DNA of 64,000 nucleotides from Escherichia coli (GTDB lineage Bacteria; Pseudomonadota; Gammaproteobacteria; Enterobacterales; Enterobacteriaceae): NCBI RefSeq assembly GCF_002854065.1, contig NZ_CP024151.1; one strand, 5' to 3'. Shown piece by piece: positions 56,648 to 64,000 of this stretch (position 1 is its first letter; each line of letters starts with the position of its first letter). The notes under the pieces were generated by a model. It saw only the letters and a program-made list of their open reading frames with translations, ran no database searches and was not told where the DNA came from. The position numbers and the translations under genes were made by a program.

Positions 56648-58020
56648 AGCGTGCTCCCTCCGAAGTGATAGTTGTTCTGGTAACGACTGAGCATGCGGGC
56701 GGAAAGCTGCTGACGCATGTAGCTCATCTGACGATCGACAACCAGCAGCGCATCCTGCTGTACCTGCACCTGTGACTGAAACGCCGCAATCTGCCGGGTG
56801 GCATCATTCATGTTGTCGTTAATATGTTCGATAACTGCTTCGTCATAATTTCCTGTGGCCACCATCGCCCGGGCCTGCTGTATCAGCTCCTGAATGTACT
56901 GCAGCAGGATGTCGTAACCGATATAGTCCGTCAGCTGGTAAATCATACTGTTGGAAACACCGAGCATTTGCGGGTCAACCAGGTATTTGAAGACGGGGAT
57001 GGTGGTACTGGAAATAAAGCCTTTTTCCTTGTCATCCAGAGGCGTGTCACTGACCGCCTTGTTCTGAATGCTGGCCAGAAGTTTAGTAATCTGAGACTTC
57101 AGTGCATTATCCCGGCTGATGGTCACCGGTGTGTCTGCCACCACTTTCAGGCATTTATCAGAATCGTTGCAGTGATAAATTTTTGCTGTGCCGCCTTCCA
57201 TCATGGCCCGGATAATTGAGCGGTCAGTGGTTCTGGCTGATAGCGGTGTGATTTCGCCGTTGGGACCAAACACCAGTGAGCCGGTCAGCGTCATCACAAA
57301 TTCTTTCAGCTCTTTGTTGCCATCAAACATTCTGTTTTTGGAAAGCGCATTCCACATGATGTTGATGTTTTTGGTCACCCGCTCCTTATCCTTGTCGCTG
57401 GCTTTATCCCTGACGCTGTCAGATTTCCCGCCAACGGTACATCCCTGCCGGGAAGCCGCCCAGTCAGCAAAAATATTGCTCTCACCGGCAATGTCCTGAC
57501 AGACTTTCTGCTGGGACACCTGCGTCCGGGGGAAAAGCCCGCCGATAATCCCCTGTGCAGCCTGGCAGGAACTGAGGTTCATACTGTTAATGTCGCTTGC
57601 CATTTTCTGCAGGAAGTCTTTTGCGGTTTTGATTTCCGGCACCGTTGTCTGCAGGGCAAGGTCAAAAAAGTAACCGGCAGCATTGCTCATAATCTGCTTA
57701 ACAAAACGCTGCAGCTGCTCGCCATTAATAAAACTGAACGAACCGAGGTAGGCGTCGATGCCGCCACATCCGGCATTGATATCCGGCAGCGTCATGGAAA
57801 TCAGCTGAACATTTTTGACCTGAGTACGGGCATACAGGGAGCCACCGTAAGCATAACCGGCGGCCTGCCCCTGCCAGACGCCCGGCTGTGTGGTATTGGA
57901 GGCGAAGCCCAGCTTGTTAAAGAACTGATTCATGTCGCTGTTCACATCCGCTGACGCTGCGGGTGTGACCGTCAGTAAAGCAGCACAAAGAACCAGAAGA
58001 GGTTTAATGCGTGGCATCAT
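56644..58020 (-). CDS. traH: TraH pilus assembly protein
   Basis: 458-aa ORF with signal peptide MMPRIKPLLVLCAALLTVTPAASADV... Confidence 0.9.
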   Translation of the reverse strand: MMPRIKPLLVLCAALLTVTPAASADVNSDMNQFFNKLGFASNTTQPGVWQGQAAGYAYGGSLYARTQVKNVQLISMTLPDINAGCGGIDAYLGSFSFINGEQLQRFVKQIMSNAAGYFFDLALQTTVPEIKTAKDFLQKMASDINSMNLSSCQAAQGIIGGLFPRTQVSQQKVCQDIAGESNIFADWAASRQGCTVGGKSDSVRDKASDKDKERVTKNINIMWNALSKNRMFDGNKELKEFVMTLTGSLVFGPNGEITPLSARTTDRSIIRAMMEGGTAKIYHCNDSDKCLKVVADTPVTISRDNALKSQITKLLASIQNKAVSDTPLDDKEKGFISSTTIPVFKYLVDPQMLGVSNSMIYQLTDYIGYDILLQYIQELIQQARAMVATGNYDEAVIEHINDNMNDATRQIAAFQSQVQVQQDALLVVDRQMSYMRQQLSARMLSRYQNNYHFGGSTL

Positions 58021-58316
58021 TCTTGCCCTCCCTTAATTTGTTCTCCCGGCGCATACGACATTTCAGCAGGAATATCCTGATATTTCCGTCCAGTCCTGCG
58101 GCTGTAATATATTTCAGACACCGAAATCCATCCCACAATTGCCCCCACAAAAAACACAACAGAAACAGAAAAGGTAAGGCACAGCGAAACGACAATTTCT
58201 ACAGGGCTGGCGGGATAAAAAAGCCCCTGACGGATAAAGGGGATATTCAGGCTGACGATTATTCCCGTCGCGATGCCGGATATTCCGGCAATGAGTAACA
58301 CCACCTGCTTATTTCG
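58017..58316 (-). CDS. trbJ: TrbJ-like small membrane protein
   Basis: About 99-aa hydrophobic ORF (RNKQVVLLIAGISGIATGIIVSL...) between trbB and traH, probably starting at a GTG inside the 131-aa track ORF; a TrbF equivalent was not recognised. Confidence 0.5.
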   Translation of the reverse strand, partial: RNKQVVLLIAGISGIATGIIVSLNIPFIRQGLFYPASPVEIVVSLCLTFSVSVVFFVGAIVGWISVSEIYYSRRTGRKYQDIPAEMSYAPGEQIKGGQE

Positions 58317-58854
58317 CACCTTTTTTTCCTCCGTACATCTGCAGAACGGTATCCATCCGCGCCATAAAACCGGCGGCATCCGTTGCCCCCTGTAAAAGCG
58401 GTAATGCCTCAAGCGTGTTGACGTTGACCAGGAAGGTGGTCGGTGTGGCCACCGGGATATTCGGGAAGAAGGTCTGCATCACGTCCGGTGGCACCGGTAA
58501 TGCTTCCGGAAAGGCGGTATCCCCCTGACCATCCAGGGTGTAGGGAAAAACGGAAAAGCCGTACTGCTGTGCCAACTGCTTCAGTACCGGGTCAAACTGG
58601 TGACAGTAAGGGCAATGCCCCTGCATAAACAGCACCACCTTCCAGTCGGCCAGGTTAACCTGCCTGCCGTTGCTGAGGCGGAACCAGCGGGGAGCCGGCT
58701 TTTCTGTCCTGGCTGATGTGTCTGCTGCCGGTTGTGCAGGCTGCGCGGCCATGCCCTGCGGATTCCAGAGTCGTTCAATTTCATCCCGGGTGGAGGCCTG
58801 CACGGCAGCGGCTGCCAGCAACAGGGTGAACAACAGTGATTTAATGAGAGACAT
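58309..58854 (-). CDS. trbB: TrbB periplasmic thioredoxin-like disulfide isomerase
   Basis: 181 aa with signal peptide and a C-P-Y-C redox motif (GHCPYCHQF). Confidence 0.85.
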   Translation of the reverse strand: MSLIKSLLFTLLLAAAAVQASTRDEIERLWNPQGMAAQPAQPAADTSARTEKPAPRWFRLSNGRQVNLADWKVVLFMQGHCPYCHQFDPVLKQLAQQYGFSVFPYTLDGQGDTAFPEALPVPPDVMQTFFPNIPVATPTTFLVNVNTLEALPLLQGATDAAGFMARMDTVLQMYGGKKGAK

Positions 58855-59125
58855 GTCTGCCCTCCTGCTGCCCTTCCATCATGGCCTGTTGTCTTGCTTC
58901 CAGCGCCTCACGCTCTTCCCGGCTGACACGGGCAATCCATGCATCCAGCACCTGGTATGCGCCGAACAGCACGAGAATGGCCGCAATCAACTCCGCCAGA
59001 AAAAAAGCCATCCAGGGTTTGCTGTAAACAAGACGGGCGACGATATGAAACCAGACACCCAGGGAAAATACCCACATTCCCGTAATATCAAGCCGGGGTA
59101 AAGAGAATCTGCGTTTACTTATCAT
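58841..59125 (-). CDS. traQ: TraQ pilin chaperone
   Basis: 94-aa membrane protein in the traQ position. Confidence 0.75.
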   Translation of the reverse strand: MISKRRFSLPRLDITGMWVFSLGVWFHIVARLVYSKPWMAFFLAELIAAILVLFGAYQVLDAWIARVSREEREALEARQQAMMEGQQEGRHVSH

Positions 59126-59243
59126 GTTAAACTCCGGTTATTATTTACATGAGAGTATTTATGTCTGTAATATTCGCGTTTGTGTGATATTAATCAGATC
59201 AACCTCATTATTTTGTATGGTTTTTATTACCGTTTTATATGAC

Positions 59244-59591
59244 TTAGCCTGTCATAAGCCCCCTTATAAAAAACCACATCACTCCGGACCATACTGATGA
59301 CAACATAATACAGATAAATATTCTTCTGAACCCGTCGAAGCTCGTAACATTCGGTAATGAGCCAATAACCATTGGAACAACCATTGCTGCGCCCTGATTC
59401 ATAATTGCACCACACAGAAACCAGAGACTGGCAGTCAGCACATATAAACACGCGATATTAATAACAAGGAAAACCAGTGAGCTCAGGAGAAACATTTTCC
59501 TGTCATTACGCTCAGAAAAAAAATAACCGGCAATAATGACAAATATTAACAGAACAACACCTGTAAACAGTTTCAAATAATCTTCACTCAT
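59244..59591 (-). CDS. trbA: TrbA membrane protein
   Basis: 115-aa hydrophobic ORF between traF and traQ. Confidence 0.65.
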   Translation of the reverse strand: MSEDYLKLFTGVVLLIFVIIAGYFFSERNDRKMFLLSSLVFLVINIACLYVLTASLWFLCGAIMNQGAAMVVPMVIGSLPNVTSFDGFRRIFICIMLSSVWSGVMWFFIRGLMTG

Positions 59592-59606
59592 AAATCAAAT
59601 CCGCGA

Positions 59607-60350
59607 TTAAAAATTGGGTTTAAAATCTTCAGAAACGTTTAGGAATTGTTTTGCCAGGTCGTCCTGCGAAATAAAGCCGTATGATAACGGGCGAACACTG
59701 CCCTGTTTCGGGTCAACCAGCATCATGGCCGGGAAATATTTCACGCCGAGGCGCTGCGCCTGCCCCTGGTCAGTCCGGGAATCCGGCAACAGCGGATTAA
59801 TCACACCATCCACGGAAACGGGAATAACACTCAGACCATAGGTATCCCTGAAGCCATTAATGACCTGCGCCAGCTGCCCGTCGATGGGGTCCTGCCCCCG
59901 GTAAAAGAACATGATGCCGTAGTGTTCAGCCAGTTTCGCAATGGCCTGTCGCTGCTGCACCTGGTCTGCCGCCAGCTGGTTCCGGACCGTGCCGTTGTAA
60001 TGGCTGTACTGCAGGTTATAGTCCAGTTCGGGATGCGCCAGCATGGATTTTTTGGCGCTCATGGTGAAAAGCCCGGCCTGCTGAGTCCAGTAATTCTGCA
60101 GCCGGAAATATTTCACAAAATTATCCACGCCGGGATACAGAATAGCTTCGTACAGCGCCCGCTTTGTTGCCGTCTGCAGTGCGGCCAGTTTCTGCATAAT
60201 GTCCGGCTCCTGACGGGGGGCTGCAGGTACTGGTTTATTTTCTTTTTCCTTCGGATTTATTTTCTCGTTATACCACTGCCAGCCTGCATCTTTTCCTGAC
60301 GCCGGAAAAATAAAGCAGCAGAGTAACAGTGGCAGTAATGCTTTATTCAT
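59607..60350 (-). CDS. traF: TraF pilus assembly protein (thioredoxin-like fold)
   Basis: MNKALLPLLLCCFIFPASGKDAGWQWYNEKINPKEKENKPVP...; start set at MNKALL inside the track ORF. Confidence 0.9.
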   Translation of the reverse strand: MNKALLPLLLCCFIFPASGKDAGWQWYNEKINPKEKENKPVPAAPRQEPDIMQKLAALQTATKRALYEAILYPGVDNFVKYFRLQNYWTQQAGLFTMSAKKSMLAHPELDYNLQYSHYNGTVRNQLAADQVQQRQAIAKLAEHYGIMFFYRGQDPIDGQLAQVINGFRDTYGLSVIPVSVDGVINPLLPDSRTDQGQAQRLGVKYFPAMMLVDPKQGSVRPLSYGFISQDDLAKQFLNVSEDFKPNF

Positions 60351-60603
60351 CTTCATTCCTTTCATCACTTTTTCTTTCATCAGGTTTCTGCAGGTCAGTC
60401 AGGGCAGAAAAACAAAAATACAGAATAAACAGGAGCACACCGGAGTAAAAAATAACGAAAGCAGCAGCAAGTATCTCACCTGCAGTGGTTTCTTTTACCG
60501 TATCCCACGACCAGATAATTACCGGGGAAATGACAATCGCTGTAATCAAAAGCCGGATAAGAAAATCAATAAAACGGTTCGACGTGAATATGACTTTCAT
60601 CAT
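60343..60603 (-). CDS. trbE: TrbE small membrane protein
   Basis: 86-aa hydrophobic ORF between traN and traF. Confidence 0.7.
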   Translation of the reverse strand: MMKVIFTSNRFIDFLIRLLITAIVISPVIIWSWDTVKETTAGEILAAAFVIFYSGVLLFILYFCFSALTDLQKPDERKSDERNEDE

Positions 60604-60626
60604 TTTCCCCGGTTATTTTCCCTACC

Positions 60627-62435
60627 TTACTGTCCTGCCTGTTTCAGCTGGTCAGCAATCTGCTCTTTCACTTTCTGCGTCAGAACACCACTGTCCGGGA
60701 TTTTCTGGTTATTCATCAGGTCTTCGTAGAAGTTAGTGAAATCCAGTCTGTCGAACTGAATTTTCTGCAGCTCATCAACCGTAATCCCCCGACAGTCAGG
60801 ATGCTTCGCACTGCCAAAACTGATACGCAGCTGTCCGTTGCGCCCCTGCTGCTGGACTATCTGCGCCAGCTTCGAATCAAACTGACAGTAACTGCGTTTT
60901 TTCTCCAGGCAGACACCCAGCACTTTCTTCGAACAGAACTCTCCGACACTGACGGTCAGTTTGTTTGATTTTGCTTTAGCCAGGGCTTTTTCATCACTGC
61001 TGCATTTGGCCAGCCCGATATCCTGTCCCCAGCCGCTGTCCTTACAGCAGTTGCTGTATCCGGCTGCAGCCTTCTTACAAAATTTCGCCTGACCGGTGAA
61101 AGCACGGACATCCACCCCGTTCAGCGCCGCAACATCCTTACCTGCTGCGGCCAGTGCCGCCAGCTGAGAAACGGCTTCGGCAAAATCATTACTCTTCCCG
61201 CTCTGAGCCTTATCGCATTCGCCATCGAGACAGAAGACGTCTCCCCCACAGACCATCATTTTCCCGGATGTTTTTGACTCACAGGAGTACGTGGCATATT
61301 CATGCAGACAGGCACCTTCTTCGGAGTAAAAGGCGCACTGGTGTGACACCAGGGTACAGGCAGGATTGTCGGTGTAGGTCTGACAGGTTCCCTTGTCTGC
61401 TGACTGTGTGACATACGTGTCCCGGTATGCCCAGCAGCTCTGGTACATGCTGTATGACTGACCGTCTTTCACCAGCGTCCTGTTCCCGCCAGCCTCCGTA
61501 CATTCTGTTTTTGTCAGTTTCCCCAGCTCCTTGCTGAACGGGCAGCTTTCAGACCAGACAACATACGGGGTGTACGAGGCTTTTTTTACCCTGACAACCA
61601 GACGCAGCTTCATTGCCGTATGACGTCTGAATTTTGTATTCCCGACCCGGACGGGGTGAGATGACGTAAAAGCCACACCGGCAGTCAGTGTTTTCTGTAC
61701 TGGTGTAAATGAGGCATCTGCTGAGTATTTGGCATTCCAGCTCAGTGGGGTTCCCAGTACTGTAATTGTCATAGGTACACTCTTCTGCAGGTAAGTACGA
61801 CTCCAGCTGTAATGCGCATCGACAATTTCACCGGTAACGGGAGAGGTAATGGAGACAACATACTGACCATTCACTTCACGTGCAGGTAGCTGACTCATTT
61901 CATACTCCAGCGTCCGGGTTTCCCATGTGGTACTCCCCTGCAGCTCCATACGGGCAGTTCGTGTGCAGTACTGCTCCACCTGTAAATCCCGCTCACAGGA
62001 GTAATTCGTGTATTCACTCCGGCTAATCTCCTGCGCACTGCACTGCTGCCCGGTGTTTCCCACAATGCTGTCAGCCCGGTTCACCACATCCCTGCCGGTC
62101 TGGATAAACGGTGCATCCGGTGAAAGAATGTCTTTCGGCTTGTTCATGAATGACTCTGTGATGGTTTTTCCGGTTTCACCGGTCGCCCATTCCGTGGTGC
62201 CGTCATTTTTCAGGCCGCCATCCCCGCCGGCAGTCACGCCACCGTAGTATTTTGTCTCGTCCGGATTCGCGTTATAGCCGGGGATACTCTCCTGTGGCTT
62301 AAAGCCCTGAATACTGCTGCTTCCCTGTCCTTTGATCTGGTGAGCAAAATCAGAGCCGGCCCGGTAATCACTGTTGCTGTCAGCCTGTGCCATGCCGGCA
62401 ACCAGAGCCAGTATCAGAGGTAAAATACGTTTCAT
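60627..62435 (-). CDS. traN: TraN outer-membrane mating-pair stabilisation protein
   Basis: 602-aa cysteine-rich ORF with signal peptide MKRILPLILALVAGMAQA... Confidence 0.9.
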   Translation of the reverse strand: MKRILPLILALVAGMAQADSNSDYRAGSDFAHQIKGQGSSSIQGFKPQESIPGYNANPDETKYYGGVTAGGDGGLKNDGTTEWATGETGKTITESFMNKPKDILSPDAPFIQTGRDVVNRADSIVGNTGQQCSAQEISRSEYTNYSCERDLQVEQYCTRTARMELQGSTTWETRTLEYEMSQLPAREVNGQYVVSITSPVTGEIVDAHYSWSRTYLQKSVPMTITVLGTPLSWNAKYSADASFTPVQKTLTAGVAFTSSHPVRVGNTKFRRHTAMKLRLVVRVKKASYTPYVVWSESCPFSKELGKLTKTECTEAGGNRTLVKDGQSYSMYQSCWAYRDTYVTQSADKGTCQTYTDNPACTLVSHQCAFYSEEGACLHEYATYSCESKTSGKMMVCGGDVFCLDGECDKAQSGKSNDFAEAVSQLAALAAAGKDVAALNGVDVRAFTGQAKFCKKAAAGYSNCCKDSGWGQDIGLAKCSSDEKALAKAKSNKLTVSVGEFCSKKVLGVCLEKKRSYCQFDSKLAQIVQQQGRNGQLRISFGSAKHPDCRGITVDELQKIQFDRLDFTNFYEDLMNNQKIPDSGVLTQKVKEQIADQLKQAGQ

Positions 62436-63073
62436 TTCCCGGAATCTCCTTTCCCTGCCAGTAAATCATGAGCCACCTGCCGGCAGTCACCCGTGGCGGC
62501 CACTTTCTCCAGCGCCTGGCCGACCCGCAGGTTTCCCCGGATGATGTCGTATCCCTGACTGCAGAACACCACCAGTGCCGGTACACTGCGAATGCCGTAC
62601 TGTGAAAACAGCGTCGGGTCGATCTGAACACCATCAGTCGCGCCGTCTTTCACCAGGGACAGTACGGCTTCAGCGGTGGTCTTCAGGTCATTGTTCACCA
62701 TGCCCCGCAGTGTGGCGGGTATACCGTAGTGCCGGGTTTCGCCCAGCATTCGTTTCAGCCCCTCTTCGGGAATGGAAAACGACACAAAATACAGGGCACC
62801 CTGCCGGGGTTTCCCGTCCTGCGAAGCCTGCTGTTTACGAACCAGCTCATCCAGGAAATGGTTATCTGAACGCTGAAGGGGGTTTTCCAGCACCTGCTTC
62901 TCCGCCCAGGCTTTCAGCTGATGGTCAGGTTTTTCACGCAGTTGTCTGCTTAAATTTTCCTGCTGCTTCAGGAACTGGCGGTTTTCAGGAGTGTTCACGT
63001 TTTCTGACGCCATAACCGCCCCGTTCAGCATCATCAGCAGTGCTGCCAGAGATTTCATACTCAGCTTCATCAT
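62432..63073 (-). CDS. trbC: TrbC pilus assembly protein
   Basis: 213-aa ORF with signal peptide; position between traU and traN. Confidence 0.85.
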   Translation of the reverse strand: MMKLSMKSLAALLMMLNGAVMASENVNTPENRQFLKQQENLSRQLREKPDHQLKAWAEKQVLENPLQRSDNHFLDELVRKQQASQDGKPRQGALYFVSFSIPEEGLKRMLGETRHYGIPATLRGMVNNDLKTTAEAVLSLVKDGATDGVQIDPTLFSQYGIRSVPALVVFCSQGYDIIRGNLRVGQALEKVAATGDCRQVAHDLLAGKGDSGK

Positions 63074-63078
63074 TCACC

Positions 63079-64000
63079 TCACAGGAAGACACAGTTACGT
63101 TTACGCCACATCAGGTAGCCGAAGTTTTTCTTTGTATTGGGCGGATTTTTCCCGGTTTCCCAGCGGGTCACACTGCGCCCGAACGGGTGGCACTGTCCGC
63201 TGTCCGGGTACATATTCACCATCTGATAACGCCAGCGTTCTTTGGGCAGGATTGGGGACGGATATTCATTACAGACGGCGTTATTTTTCCCGATGGTTTC
63301 CATAATCATGCCCTGACGGTGCAGCTTGAACGCCATGCGTTCACTGACCAGCAGGGAGGACTGCAACGGACTGGACTCATTACTCACCCAGCCATTGAAC
63401 GGGTACATACTGCCCTGCGAACCGGCACACCAGAACAGAACATCGAGAGGCATATTAAAGGCGCTGGCAATGGCATCTGCTGCACAGGCCCCCTGTGCTA
63501 TCGGATTGGCAAAGATGACAGCTTCCGGATTGAGAATGGTGGTCAGGCTGCTGTCCGTCCAGGTGGGGTCAATTTCAGAAAGATAAGCGATATCCAGGTC
63601 ACCACCTTCCAGACAGCCCAGCGATGTGATGATGTTAAGCCAGTACGTCAGCGGGTATTTGTACCAGTGAACGTGATAGAACGCCCCGTTCACCTGCTTC
63701 TCATCTTTTTTCGCCGTTCCCTGTGCCGTTTTACCAAAAGCCGGCAGGCTGAAGCCCAGGTTAACCATGCATCCCGGTGACCGGGTGACGTCCGTCAGCG
63801 CCATCGGCTCCCAGTAACCAATGGCCAGCCCGATACGCCTGAACAGCGGCGGCGGTGCCGGACAAATCTGAATGGGCATCGACGGGTTCGCCGTGTCGGG
63901 GACCTTACCCTGACTGACTTTGATACTGCCCAGCGAGAGCGGGAAAATACAGCTCCAGCAGATATCCGTGATCGGGTTTACAAAACGCCCCTCACAGGCA
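63079..64000 (-). CDS. traU: TraU pilus assembly / DNA transfer protein (N-terminus beyond the window edge)
   Basis: Minus-strand translation continues upstream of the track ORF start through ...ACEGRFVNPITDICWSCIFPLSLGSIKVSQGKVPDTANPSMPIQICPAPPP..., with no stop before the window end. Confidence 0.85.
   Translation of the reverse strand, partial: ACEGRFVNPITDICWSCIFPLSLGSIKVSQGKVPDTANPSMPIQICPAPPPLFRRIGLAIGYWEPMALTDVTRSPGCMVNLGFSLPAFGKTAQGTAKKDEKQVNGAFYHVHWYKYPLTYWLNIITSLGCLEGGDLDIAYLSEIDPTWTDSSLTTILNPEAVIFANPIAQGACAADAIASAFNMPLDVLFWCAGSQGSMYPFNGWVSNESSPLQSSLLVSERMAFKLHRQGMIMETIGKNNAVCNEYPSPILPKERWRYQMVNMYPDSGQCHPFGRSVTRWETGKNPPNTKKNFGYLMWRKRNCVFL

Overview
This window reads as a mosaic IncF-type conjugative plasmid segment from an Enterobacteriaceae (E. 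coli-like) host. All calls come from reading the sequence and the supplied ORF translations; no database search was run. Positions 44.1-64.0 kb carry the distal half of an F-like transfer operon on the minus strand (traU partial, trbC, traN, trbE, traF, trbA, traQ, trbB, trbJ, traH, traG, traS, traT, traD, traI, traX, finO), followed by an srnB/hok-like toxin and a RepFIIA replicon (repA2/copB, tap-like leader, repA1, ori region). A RepFIB replicon with iterons and a tyrosine recombinase sits at 9.7-12.0 kb. Addiction modules include ccdAB-resD, two vagCD copies (one truncated) and a relE/parE-like pair. The accessory DNA is IS-dense (IS26, IS1, IS2 x2 plus a fragment, IS3, IS5 x2, IS21-family, IS66 and IS91 remnants) and carries low-GC cargo: a secreted S33-type hydrolase, a frameshifted plasmid ompT, a 1395-aa autotransporter, and a Ser-type sulfatase with a porin. 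The most interesting locus is a translationally coupled two-gene operon at 1767-4336 encoding an OLD-family ABC-ATPase/TOPRIM nuclease and a compact UvrD-like SF1 helicase, bracketed by the duplicated vagCD modules. It is a candidate Gabija-like / class-1-OLD defence module with unusually small proteins. A second notable feature is a ~470-bp insertion inside the RepFIIA repA1 leader carrying a small ORF whose stop overlaps the repA1 start.
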